A stretch of 64,000 nt of DNA, taken from NCBI GenBank assembly GCA_937877025.1, contig CALEGE010000030.1, positions 34,647 through 98,646 on the forward strand. Direction: 5' to 3'. This stretch comes from an uncultured Spirochaetia bacterium. Its GTDB lineage: Bacteria > Spirochaetota > UBA4802 > UBA5368. The position numbers and the translations under genes are program-made. The notes beneath the pieces are model-generated. The model had not been told where the DNA came from. It worked only from the letters and a program-made list of their open reading frames with translations, and did no database searches. The first letter of the stretch is position 1, and each line of letters starts with the position of its first letter. Of the stretch, positions 38,149-47,912 are shown one piece after another.

Positions 38149-41100
38149 CGGGCGTGGACGCTTTTTTGCCGCGGTATTGGTGTGGGCCGCCGTACTGATA
38201 CCGGCAGCCTGCATGGCAGGTTTTGCCGAATCGCCCGCGGAGCATGCGGATATCGCTGTGCTCGAGCGGGCGGTCTACGATGCTTTTTACCGCGGCGATT
38301 ATTACAAACTGTATGACGCAATCGAAACGATGCTGGTGCAGTATCCTGACCATCCTCAATCGATGCTGTTGTATTCGGATATTGTGAGGCTTGCCGATGT
38401 GTGCGGATACGAAAAAGCCAGAACCACGCTGGAATCATTGCTCGAAATGACGCGGCGGCGGGATGACGATCATACTGGAATGCGCGTTCTCGCTCTCACG
38501 CTCGAACTTGAAAAGCTGTACGCGATCTACGACCGGGAACGCGCCGCGAAGCTTGCAAAGGAGCTCTCGCCGTTGCGGAACTGGCTGCTTATCGGGCCGT
38601 ATCGAAGATACGGGGCGGGCGACCTGCGGCATCCCTTCCTCCCGGAAATCGTGAAAAGCTTCGATGATCCCGGGTTTGCGAAAAAAAAGGTTCTTTGTGG
38701 AAATTTGGACGGTGTACTGAGGCCGGGAAACCATATATATCCGGAGAAGGGTATTGTATATGCGTTTACCGGTATAAATGCGCCGTATCCGTTTAAAATC
38801 AGGATATATTCCAGGGCGCACTATAGATTGTTTATCAACGGCAGGGAGGCAATATGCAACAGCGAGGGCGGGACATTCCGATCGTGCCGCATTGTGCGCG
38901 TTTCCGGCGGCGGGGAACCGGCAAGCCTGCTGGTGAAGATTGAAAATTCATCCACGGCTGATATGCGCATTATCGTGACAGACGATAGTGACGCAATCCT
39001 GGGTGCGGAAAACTGCGTGCCGCGGCAGGCGGTTTTTTCGGATATTGAATTCTGCGAGACGCTTGACTATCCGGCCCCTGCGCTCATTGAATCCGCGAAC
39101 CGCGGCGGGAATGATGATTATTTCAGGCTGGGAAATTATTTTTCGGAGTTGGAAAGCCGTGAGGCCGTAACGTTCTATAAAAAAGCGGCTGGAAACGGCA
39201 ATCCTCTGTATTTATATTTTCTCGCGCAATCGCTGATCGATGCCAGTCATGGCGACGCGTCATCCTCGGAATATCTGGAGGGATGGAGGATATTCCAGGA
39301 AGTTGCGGCGAAGAATATGGCCTTTGTTCCCGCGCGCTTCAGGAATTTCCAGAAACTGATCGAGCGAAAAAATCTGCGCGGCGCCGTGCTCGAAGGGAGA
39401 GCGATGCGCGGTATCGCCGGGGGGTGCCTGCCGTTTCGAAGGGATTACGCCGCACTGCTTGGGCAGGCGGGATACGAGAAGGAATTTCTCGATGAGGTGA
39501 AATGGTTTCAACGCGATTTCCCGGCGTCTTCCGAGCCGGTTCTTGTCAGGGCGGAGTACTATGCACAGAAAAATCCTGAAAGGGCCGCGGCGTTGTACGA
39601 AACGATTTTGTCGGGGCGTTTTGATGGTGAAATTGCCGACGAGCTTGTTGCGCTGTACCGGGAATCAGAAAAAAACGACGCGATAATAAAAATCGCGGAT
39701 AAGTTCAACTCTGACGGCCGATATTCACTCGATCTGATCGATGCCATGATTCGAAAGGGCGCCATCGATGATGCGAAAAGGGAGATATTTAAAAATCTGG
39801 CGATCAGGGGTGATCCGGCCATGTACTGTCGTCTTGGCGACATATACCGGAAGACGGGGCACGACCCGGTAATGGAATGGCGGCGAGCGATGAAGCTCGC
39901 GCCGTCAGATTTTACGACGGGGGATTTGCTGGACTACATTCTCGCGGGAAAAATTGAAAACCCCTTCGCGCGGGAACGTGAAAAAATTGATGATAGTATG
40001 TTCAAGTGGCCGGTGGAACGCGAAAAGGAAGTGTCATCGCGTGTACTGCACAGGGCAATAATTATCCATTTGAATGAGGACGGCGGAAGCAGGGCGTTTT
40101 GCGAGGATGTGCTTTATATCGGTGATTCGAAGGGCGTTGAAAAATGGGGCGACTACCGCACGCTGTTTCAGGGCGAGCTCTGCCCCCTGCGCACGCGCGT
40201 GTACCGGCCCGACGGCTCGTATTACGACTCATACTCGCTCCAAAAAATAGACCGGGCGGACTACATTAATCTGTCGTCATTGAAGGATAATTCGATTGTG
40301 CATGTCGCCTATATCGTCAATAACCCCTTCGCGATGCAGGGCGACCCAGCGCTTTTTTCGGTGCCGTTAACGCGGGTCCAGGATTATGATGAGCCGGTGG
40401 ATTATTTTTCGCTTCAGGTTGCGGCCCCGGCTGGCATGAGCGTAACGATATATGGCAATCCGGATGCCGACATGTCCGTCCGCGGCGATGGAGATAGAAA
40501 AATATACACAATGAGGCTCGTAAACCTTCCCGCGCTGCGGCGGGAAAGAAATTCTGGCAGCAGCGGCAATTGTCCGCGGCAGTTTGCCGTTACGACAATG
40601 GCGGCGCGTGAAGATTTTATCGCATGGTATAACGGTCTGCTGCGCGGCAGGGCCGATCTGCGGTCGGATGATATCGGCGCGGTTTGTACGGGGAGCTCGG
40701 TCGATGACGTTATACAGAGTGTCTATGAATATGTTTCACGCGACATCGATCTCAGGCCGAACGTGCTGTATTATCCCGAAAAGGCGGCGACAACGCTCTA
40801 CAACAGGAGCGGCACCCCGGAGGATAAAACCGTGCTCGCGAAATCAATTCTGGAGGCGCGCGGAATACGCTCGTATATTGCCTTTGCCAGGAGAAATGAC
40901 ATGCCCGATCCGGGCGCATTTACCGCGCCATCCACATTTACGAATATACTGCTCTATGTCCCGATCAGTACAGAAAGGGGCGCGTGGCTGGATTTTTCAA
41001 ATCGGTTTCGACCGTATGGGATTGTCGACGATGCCATACGTGATGTCGATGCGCTTGTTATCATCAGGGATGGATATGAAGTAAAAAAAATACAATGTGA

Positions 41101-41734
41101 AGCCGACAATGTGATTCGTACCGATTTTATGTTTTATCTCAATGACGACGGAGGGGCGAGGTGCGATATAAAGGCCCGCTTTGAGGGGAATAACGCGACA
41201 ATCAGAAAATATTTTACGGGCCGTATGTATCGGGAAGAAACGGTGAACGCGTATTTCGGATCGATCCTGCCGGGACTCAGCATCGATACGTATGCGCTTG
41301 AAAATGTTGAATCGGTGTCGATGCCGTTCATTGTAAGCGCGCGCGGATATTGTGTGGCGTTCATGCCGCCGATCGAAGGCAGTATCATGCTTCAGCCGGT
41401 GGTGAAAAAAAGCGATGTCGCGCGCTACATTCAGTCGGCAACACGCCAGAATCCCCTGTATATCGAAAAGAATTTGTATGAAGATGAGCGGTACGAGTAT
41501 GAGCTTGGCGATGAGTTCAGGAGCGTGGAATATGGTGAAGAGCTGAAAACAGAATGCCGCTATGGGTATGCGCGCATTAGCATTCATAAAAACGTCGGCA
41601 GCACACGGCTTTCCGTGACGAAGGAAGTCCGCATTCGCCGGGCGGTTGTGGAAAAAGAGAATTATGGAGAGCTGTTGCGATTCTGTGCTGAACTTCGTAA
41701 AAACGAGAACGCGACAATCATTCTGCGAAAATAG
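38123..41734 (+). CDS. Exported paralogue with the same architecture and a degenerate transglutaminase-like site
   Basis: GTG 38123 gives a signal peptide; 'WLLIGPY...LFING...LLVKI'; 'GTPED...FTNILLYV...WLDFS' replaces GDCKD/FNH. Confidence 0.8.
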   Translation: MRTIVWRINGRGRFFAAVLVWAAVLIPAACMAGFAESPAEHADIAVLERAVYDAFYRGDYYKLYDAIETMLVQYPDHPQSMLLYSDIVRLADVCGYEKARTTLESLLEMTRRRDDDHTGMRVLALTLELEKLYAIYDRERAAKLAKELSPLRNWLLIGPYRRYGAGDLRHPFLPEIVKSFDDPGFAKKKVLCGNLDGVLRPGNHIYPEKGIVYAFTGINAPYPFKIRIYSRAHYRLFINGREAICNSEGGTFRSCRIVRVSGGGEPASLLVKIENSSTADMRIIVTDDSDAILGAENCVPRQAVFSDIEFCETLDYPAPALIESANRGGNDDYFRLGNYFSELESREAVTFYKKAAGNGNPLYLYFLAQSLIDASHGDASSSEYLEGWRIFQEVAAKNMAFVPARFRNFQKLIERKNLRGAVLEGRAMRGIAGGCLPFRRDYAALLGQAGYEKEFLDEVKWFQRDFPASSEPVLVRAEYYAQKNPERAAALYETILSGRFDGEIADELVALYRESEKNDAIIKIADKFNSDGRYSLDLIDAMIRKGAIDDAKREIFKNLAIRGDPAMYCRLGDIYRKTGHDPVMEWRRAMKLAPSDFTTGDLLDYILAGKIENPFAREREKIDDSMFKWPVEREKEVSSRVLHRAIIIHLNEDGGSRAFCEDVLYIGDSKGVEKWGDYRTLFQGELCPLRTRVYRPDGSYYDSYSLQKIDRADYINLSSLKDNSIVHVAYIVNNPFAMQGDPALFSVPLTRVQDYDEPVDYFSLQVAAPAGMSVTIYGNPDADMSVRGDGDRKIYTMRLVNLPALRRERNSGSSGNCPRQFAVTTMAAREDFIAWYNGLLRGRADLRSDDIGAVCTGSSVDDVIQSVYEYVSRDIDLRPNVLYYPEKAATTLYNRSGTPEDKTVLAKSILEARGIRSYIAFARRNDMPDPGAFTAPSTFTNILLYVPISTERGAWLDFSNRFRPYGIVDDAIRDVDALVIIRDGYEVKKIQCEADNVIRTDFMFYLNDDGGARCDIKARFEGNNATIRKYFTGRMYREETVNAYFGSILPGLSIDTYALENVESVSMPFIVSARGYCVAFMPPIEGSIMLQPVVKKSDVARYIQSATRQNPLYIEKNLYEDERYEYELGDEFRSVEYGEELKTECRYGYARISIHKNVGSTRLSVTKEVRIRRAVVEKENYGELLRFCAELRKNENATIILRK

Positions 41735-41763
41735 TCGCCCCTCCGTGGCTATGCCCGCCTGGT

Positions 41764-42003
41764 CTATCGGACAATCCTGGAAAAAACGAACCACAGAAAA
41801 AATATGACAATGAGCATTCCCCATAGCCCAATGAGCCCAATGGAAATCTCGGGGTGACGGCTTACCCACTGAAACGTTTTTGTTTCTTTGTATTGCAGTA
41901 TGAGATTGAAGACCCTGAACGCAAACGAGTCTTTCGGGGCCTTTTTCCGGGCGCCCTGGTGTGGTACGGATTTACGCGTGTTCTGAGTTGGTGTGTCCGC
42001 CAT
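41764..42003 (-). CDS. Small single-pass membrane protein
   Basis: Basic N-terminus, C-terminal TM (ISIGLIGLWGMLIVIFFLWFVF); promoter TTGACA-N17-TATACT at 42114-42086. Confidence 0.65.
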   Translation of the reverse strand: MADTPTQNTRKSVPHQGARKKAPKDSFAFRVFNLILQYKETKTFQWVSRHPEISIGLIGLWGMLIVIFFLWFVFSRIVR

Positions 42004-42279
42004 CGTAATTTCCTGCATGTGTAGTATGCTGCCGGTGCCGATACTCGTGTGCCGTGATGTAACGCTTCCGTACAGAGTTTACGCAAGTATAATAATTAAA
42101 ATTACGGGTGTCAATACTATATAGGTGTTGCTTGAAAAAATTATATAAAAAATTGTATTATTTTACACATATGGCATGAAATGTTATATACATATATTAC
42201 CTCGCTGAAAATGTATATTCTTTCGTGTATAGCTATGTCCCGGCCTCCATACAAATATATTCTTGCACAACGAGGGTGC

Positions 42280-42307
42280 TTGACAAAGGATTTCACATGG
42301 GTATACT
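42280..42307 (+). promoter_or_regulatory. sigma70-like promoter of nikR
   Basis: TTGACA-N16-TATACT then RBS GAGGTG. Confidence 0.6.
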
Positions 42308-42328
42308 TGATGAACGAGGTGCGGCAGA

Positions 42329-42748
42329 ATGAATAATATTATCAGGTTCGGCGTTTCAATAGATGAAAAGCTTCTCAACCAGTTTGACACACTCATTGAG
42401 GACAAGGGGTATGTCAACCGGTCGGAAGCGATACGCGATCTTATTCGCGACAAAATGGTGCAGGAGGAAATTTCCGATCCGGAAGCGGAGGTAATCGGAA
42501 CGCTCACGCTTATTTACAGCCACGAAGCGCATGAAATATCTGACAGGCTTAATGATATTCAGCACAGCAACTATACAAATATAATTTCTGCGCTCCATGT
42601 GCATCTTGATCAGCATAATTGCCTGGAAGTTCTCATTTTACGGGGGCCGGCAGTGGTGGTGAAAAAAATCTCGGAGCACCTGCTCTCAATAAAAAATGTC
42701 CGCCATGGCAAGCTTACCATAACGACGACGGGAAAATACATGCTGTAA
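42329..42748 (+). CDS. nikR: Nickel-responsive regulator NikR
   Basis: RHH 'RFGVSID...GYVNRSEAIRDLIR'; Ni site 'QH...HVHLDQHNCLEV'. Confidence 0.95.
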   Translation: MNNIIRFGVSIDEKLLNQFDTLIEDKGYVNRSEAIRDLIRDKMVQEEISDPEAEVIGTLTLIYSHEAHEISDRLNDIQHSNYTNIISALHVHLDQHNCLEVLILRGPAVVVKKISEHLLSIKNVRHGKLTITTTGKYML

Positions 42749-42867
42749 ATTTTGCTCAACTGTAAAGCCCGAAGTGCCGATGCTATGAATAAGGGTTAAT
42801 CCGCGTCTGCGGGATTGTTATATTTTGTCTGTACACACATCATTGCGGGAACGAATGGAGTTGTTCC

Positions 42868-43875
42868 GTGAATTATGCATGGAGGGTGCCCGGCATCACG
42901 GGTATGCTAATACCGTTGTTGCTTTTCTTCGCGAACTGCGCTCCGCCGCAGAACCTGCGGTATGCACGCCCGCGGCATGGCGGCGAACCACAAAGATATT
43001 ATTCCACAATGGGAAGCAATGTGCAATCCTATTCGTGGGAACTTGACGAGACGTATTTCGATGTCCAGCGTGATAATGGAGCGGGCGTCAGATACGCAAA
43101 TTCAAAGAAAGCATATCATCCTCCCTTTATCGATGCCGACGACGAGATTTCTGTCGAGAACATCAATCGTACGAAGACCGATATGGAGCGCATACGCGCG
43201 AAGCCGAGGGCATCGAAAAAGGATGAAAATGGCATACGCGTGGTAAAGACGCAGCAGATCAAAAAAAACGACTGTGTGCGGAAATCACCGACGGTAAACG
43301 ATGGATGCAACCGGACCTACAGGGTCAAGCGAAAAGACACGCTGTACGGCATTGCAAAAAGCTTCAACTGCCAGTTAGATGAGCTTTGCGAGATAAACAA
43401 TCTTACGCGCAAAAGTCTGTTGAAAACGGGGATGATTTTAAAAGTTCCGGGTGATACAACAGCGCGTATGCGCAGGGAGGCCGTCAACATAACACAGGCT
43501 GTGGAGGAAAATCCCCGCTTCGCATGGCCCGTTGTTCCCTCACAGGCTGTGCGTTATAATGGTTCCGACCGTGCGGCCCTGCACGGTATTCAAATCACGG
43601 GAAAGAGCGGTTCGCCCGTACTGTGCGCGGCGCCGGGAATAGTTAAAAAAGTAGGCGAAATGAGGGGGTACGGCAATTACGTAATCGTTCTTCACGAGGG
43701 CCGGTATACCACCGTCTATTCAGGATTGCACAACATCAGCGTCAGTGAAGGCGAGAAGATCGCAACGGGAAAAATCATCGCCTATATCGATCCTGATTTC
43801 AAGGCGTTGTATTTCCAGATCGGCCACGCCGGCAGGCCGGTCGATCCCCTGCAGTATCTTCCGAAAAAAGGCTGA
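42868..43875 (+). CDS. LysM + degenerate M23 (NlpD-like) lipoprotein
   Basis: Possible lipobox FANC; LysM 'YRVKRKDTLYGIAKSF'; M23 fold 'GYGNYVIVLH...PVDPLQYLP' with Zn ligands lost (HGIQI, ALYFQI). Confidence 0.82.
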   Translation: MNYAWRVPGITGMLIPLLLFFANCAPPQNLRYARPRHGGEPQRYYSTMGSNVQSYSWELDETYFDVQRDNGAGVRYANSKKAYHPPFIDADDEISVENINRTKTDMERIRAKPRASKKDENGIRVVKTQQIKKNDCVRKSPTVNDGCNRTYRVKRKDTLYGIAKSFNCQLDELCEINNLTRKSLLKTGMILKVPGDTTARMRREAVNITQAVEENPRFAWPVVPSQAVRYNGSDRAALHGIQITGKSGSPVLCAAPGIVKKVGEMRGYGNYVIVLHEGRYTTVYSGLHNISVSEGEKIATGKIIAYIDPDFKALYFQIGHAGRPVDPLQYLPKKG

Positions 43876-43896
43876 AAAAGCTTTCCGCCCGCGCGG

Positions 43897-45474
43897 TCAG
43901 ACGCTGGCTTTCTCCGCCTTCGTGAGAAGCTCCCGGGCATTGAAAAAAATCAACTGCGACGACTCAGCGATTTCGTTCACTCCCTTTATCATGTCGGCAA
44001 TTGTTTCATTGATGTGATTCACGGCCTGTGTGGTGGATTCAATCGCCAGCTTCTGCTCATCGGTGCCGGCGCCGATGTTTTTCGCGAGATTGAGATTTTT
44101 CACCGTCTGCTCAATGACATGCGACGTGTATTTTTCTTCAAGGAAGATGCTCTCCTTGAGAATTTTAATTTTATTCGAGCTTTCTTCCATATGTTCGATC
44201 ATGTCCTTGATGATGGTGGCGGCGGACTGTATCACTTCAACACCCTGCGACGTTGTATGCTTGTTGGAAGCCAGAACGGATTCAATTTCTTTAATGCTGT
44301 CGGTTGTCTGTACGGCAAGCTTGCCGATTTCATCGGCGACAACGGCGAATCCGCGGCCGTGTTCGCCGGCCCGCGCCGCCTCGATGCTGGCGTTCAGCGA
44401 CAGCAGGTTGATCTTGTCGGCGATATCAATGATGATGGAGACGGTATCAAAAATCTTGAGGCTCTGTGTGTTGATGTCCGAGATAAAACGTTCCACATCA
44501 TCGAGTTGTTTCTTGCCAAGGGTTGTTTTGTCCACGACAAGGTTTATACCTTCAAGAGACGAGTCAAGATGGTGCTTTGTTTCCGCTTGAATATTCTTGA
44601 ACTCGTCGATGATTTCTTCCATCTTCTCGTTTTCTTCGATCTGCGCCGATGCCGTCCCCGAGATGCTTTCGGATGAACTGAGAAGCTCTTCGAGTGTTGC
44701 GGAAATTTCTTCAAATGTTGAAGCCTGGCTTTGCATCTGGGCGTTAAAGTCCGCAACAACCTTGTTTTGCGCTTCAACCTGCTCGAAAAGGATGTCCATT
44801 TTTTCCCTGATGTCGATTGCCATTTCCTTTTGCACGGCGGACTGTTTTTCTATAATGGCCATCTGGTCGACCGTGCGCCTGTCATATTCGTGAATGATGG
44901 GGATGTTTCTGTATGATATATACGAAATTGCCATGAGGAGTGCCATGAAATAGACTTCGCGGAGGATGATGAAATTGTGGACCGGCCTTCCATCAGCAAT
45001 GGAAAGAAAATACATGGTGACGCCCTGGTGGTCCGCAATAAAAAGAAACACGATCCAGTTGATGAAGACGAAAAAGAAGAAAAAGATAAACATGCGCCGG
45101 TTATACAAAAACTGGAGTGCGATAAGAAAAAACACCGCTATTGTAAAAATATGGTATGATTCCGTGGAATACTGCCAGTCCATCGACCGCGCGTAGTTGT
45201 ATTTCGCCATTATCGGCAGTGTTACCGAGAATATCGCAACCGCCCATGATAGCAGCGTTGTTTTTTTGAGTTTCTTTTTGCGCGTGTAAATTATATATGC
45301 GAGGGATGAGGTGATAATCCCGATGACGATCGGGCCAACCATGGCTCTGAAGTTCACTTGTGCGAGCATCTGAAACGTGACTGCCAGCGCGGCAGCAACA
45401 AAGATCATTATAAAATATATAAAACTGCCCCTGATCTCGAGAATCTGGCGTGCGGTGTAGTGGTTTCGCTCCAT
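43897..45474 (-). CDS. Methyl-accepting chemotaxis protein with multi-TM N-terminus
   Basis: About 6 TM segments; '[33 protein letters not shown]'; RBS GGAGGTG. Confidence 0.93.
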   Translation of the reverse strand: MERNHYTARQILEIRGSFIYFIMIFVAAALAVTFQMLAQVNFRAMVGPIVIGIITSSLAYIIYTRKKKLKKTTLLSWAVAIFSVTLPIMAKYNYARSMDWQYSTESYHIFTIAVFFLIALQFLYNRRMFIFFFFFVFINWIVFLFIADHQGVTMYFLSIADGRPVHNFIILREVYFMALLMAISYISYRNIPIIHEYDRRTVDQMAIIEKQSAVQKEMAIDIREKMDILFEQVEAQNKVVADFNAQMQSQASTFEEISATLEELLSSSESISGTASAQIEENEKMEEIIDEFKNIQAETKHHLDSSLEGINLVVDKTTLGKKQLDDVERFISDINTQSLKIFDTVSIIIDIADKINLLSLNASIEAARAGEHGRGFAVVADEIGKLAVQTTDSIKEIESVLASNKHTTSQGVEVIQSAATIIKDMIEHMEESSNKIKILKESIFLEEKYTSHVIEQTVKNLNLAKNIGAGTDEQKLAIESTTQAVNHINETIADMIKGVNEIAESSQLIFFNARELLTKAEKASV

Positions 45475-45532
45475 AGTACACACCTCCCATCAAGATGACA
45501 CAAAGACTGATGCAATTGTAGTAATTGTACCA

Positions 45533-45551
45533 TGTTATTTTAATAATAACA
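45533..45551. promoter_or_regulatory. Palindromic putative operator between the MCP and GH42 genes
   Basis: TGTTATT-N5-AATAACA perfect inverted repeat in an AT-rich divergent region. Confidence 0.3.
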
Positions 45552-45829
45552 AAATATAATACCAGAAACGAAGTTCTCACGGTGTCAACAATCTTTAGCA
45601 CGTTCGGTCTTCAATCGGAAGAATTACCTGTTATTTTCCCTTCATTCTTTGCGTGATGACATGGTTCAGATGTCGTGGTTCTCCATTTAGAATACTCATT
45701 GTTTCCAAATAATTTTCATGCGCTAAAGTGTGCCGAGAAATGCCTTGCAATAACGCGGAGTTTGCACTACCCTTCGCATGATCGGACGCTGGGACGGCCG
45801 GCAGTAAATAATAGGGGGATGGGATTTGT

Positions 45830-47830
45830 ATGGGACAGTCGCATGGCGTGGTATTTGGCGTTGATTATTATCCGGAGCAATGGGATATATCTCTCTGGGA
45901 AAGCGACGCGCGGCGGATGCGGGAAATGGGTTTGAGCTCGGTGAGGATGATGGAATTTGCATGGGCTGTTATCGAGCCGAAACCGGGGAAGTATGATTTT
46001 TCTCTTTTTGATGAGGTGATTGGGATTCTCGCGAAAGAGGGTCTGAAAACCGTCCTTGGCACGCCGACTGCCACATTCCCCGCGTGGCTGTATAAAAAGG
46101 ACCCGAACATGGTGCAGATACATCCATCGGGTATATGCCGCGATTTTGGGACACGGCGGCAGGCATGCTTTAATTCGCGTACATATGGTGCCGCCTCGCA
46201 AAGAATTGTGGAGCGGTTGGCCCGTCATTACGGCGGCAATCCGAACATCATTGGCTGGCAGATTGACAACGAAATAGGGCACGAGGGCTCCGACCGGTGT
46301 GTGTGCCCGAATTGTCGCGCCTCCTGGCGGCATTGGCTGAAATCGCGATATAAAAACATCTCCGCATTGAACGAGGCATGGGGCACCGTTTTCTGGGGAA
46401 CGGTCTATGCTAACTTTGACGAGGTGCCGGTTCCCCGGAAACAGGTCGCGAGCGTTCAGAATCCGAACCTCTTGCTTGATTACGACAGGTTCTGTTCCGA
46501 TTCGGCGGTACAGTTCGCCGATATGCAGGTAAAAATACTGAGGCGTCATATTTCGCCGGAACAGTGGATTTCGACAAACCTGTATCCCACGCCGCACAAT
46601 CCCGTTATTGACATGGAGGAGATGTTCGCCGGAATGGATTTTCCCGGCTTTGACAATTATCCTGTATGGGGCGATCAGGATGAGCCCCTGCCGTATTATT
46701 TCAATGCGTATCTTCTCAGTTATATTCGCGGATTGAAGAATGCCGGGAAATACGCGGTGTTCGAGCAGTTCAGCGGTTTCCAGGGCCACTGGTGCCTCGG
46801 CTACCTGCCGCCCGAACAACAGGTCGTGCTGTGGACAAACCAGGCCATTGCGCGGGGAGCCGATCATATATTTTATTTCCGATGGCGCACCGCGGCGTTC
46901 GGACAGGAACAGCTCTGCTATGGAATTCTCGATCCGGACAATTCCGTTACGTCCCGGTACACGAGTCTTTCGGAAAATATCGCGAAACATGAAAACGCAT
47001 TTGCGCAATTCGCGTCAATACCGTTGGAGTCCCCCGCCTGCCTTGTGTACGACAAGGATAATTCGCGCGTTATAAAAGAGCAATATCTTTCGAAAGGGCT
47101 GTACCTGACGCCCGCCTCATTTATGCAGGTCGGCTATGACCTTGAATTGGCGCGGCATTATGTTCCGTATGCGCTGTTCAATGTCAATGCCGACGTTAAG
47201 AGCGCAAGGGGCGTTGATCTCTCGAAATATAAGATCGTGAGCCTGCCGTTGTACGAAATGCCCGATCCGGCGTTTGTGAAAAGGCTTGAAGAATGGGTGA
47301 AGGCCGGAGGGCATCTGGTGCTCGGATGGCGGGCGGGCGCAAGGGATGCGCGCAATCATGCCGTAACCAGCGAGCTCCCAGGCGTGTTTGCCGATATGGC
47401 GGGGGTGCGGATACGCCGGTTCGAGTCGCTGAACATGACGAAGGTGAAAATTAAAATCGGCATCATTCCCGCGAGGGGAGAGGTGTGGGCCGATATCGTC
47501 GAGCCGGTGACGGCAAAAACGATTGCGCGGTATTCCGACCGAAAAAAACACTACCGCGGGATGCCATGCGTTACCGTCAATGACTACGGGAAAGGAAAAG
47601 TCTATTACGTCGGAACATCCCCCGATCCCGTGGCGCTTTTTTTCCTTTTCAGAAGGATATTAAAACATGCCGGCGTGCGGCCCAGGTTTCACGGTATGGG
47701 GATGGAGGTAATTCAGAGAAAAACGACAGAAGGAAAAACTGTCGATATTGTGCTCAACCATACTGCGAAAACGAAATGGTGCATGTGGCGCCGCGTTGAG
47801 CCATACGGCATGAAGATTATTCGGCATTAG
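45830..47830 (+). CDS. Beta-galactosidase, glycoside hydrolase family 42
   Basis: 'GVDYYPEQW', 'LGTPTATFPAWL', acid/base 'WQIDNE', Zn motif C-x-C-x2-C, 'LNEAWGTVFW', 'YFRWR'. Confidence 0.93.
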   Translation: MGQSHGVVFGVDYYPEQWDISLWESDARRMREMGLSSVRMMEFAWAVIEPKPGKYDFSLFDEVIGILAKEGLKTVLGTPTATFPAWLYKKDPNMVQIHPSGICRDFGTRRQACFNSRTYGAASQRIVERLARHYGGNPNIIGWQIDNEIGHEGSDRCVCPNCRASWRHWLKSRYKNISALNEAWGTVFWGTVYANFDEVPVPRKQVASVQNPNLLLDYDRFCSDSAVQFADMQVKILRRHISPEQWISTNLYPTPHNPVIDMEEMFAGMDFPGFDNYPVWGDQDEPLPYYFNAYLLSYIRGLKNAGKYAVFEQFSGFQGHWCLGYLPPEQQVVLWTNQAIARGADHIFYFRWRTAAFGQEQLCYGILDPDNSVTSRYTSLSENIAKHENAFAQFASIPLESPACLVYDKDNSRVIKEQYLSKGLYLTPASFMQVGYDLELARHYVPYALFNVNADVKSARGVDLSKYKIVSLPLYEMPDPAFVKRLEEWVKAGGHLVLGWRAGARDARNHAVTSELPGVFADMAGVRIRRFESLNMTKVKIKIGIIPARGEVWADIVEPVTAKTIARYSDRKKHYRGMPCVTVNDYGKGKVYYVGTSPDPVALFFLFRRILKHAGVRPRFHGMGMEVIQRKTTEGKTVDIVLNHTAKTKWCMWRRVEPYGMKIIRH

Positions 47831-47860
47831 GATGTGTGGCGTGGCGTGAAAATCGAGAAT

Positions 47861-47900
47861 GTAATAAAAAACCCGGCCGAAAGGTCGGGTTTTTTATTAC
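47861..47900. terminator. Bidirectional intrinsic terminator
   Basis: GTAATAAAAAACCCGGCC-GAAA-GGTCGGGTTTTTTATTAC between convergent genes. Confidence 0.9.
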
Positions 47901-47912
47901 ACGGGGAAATGA

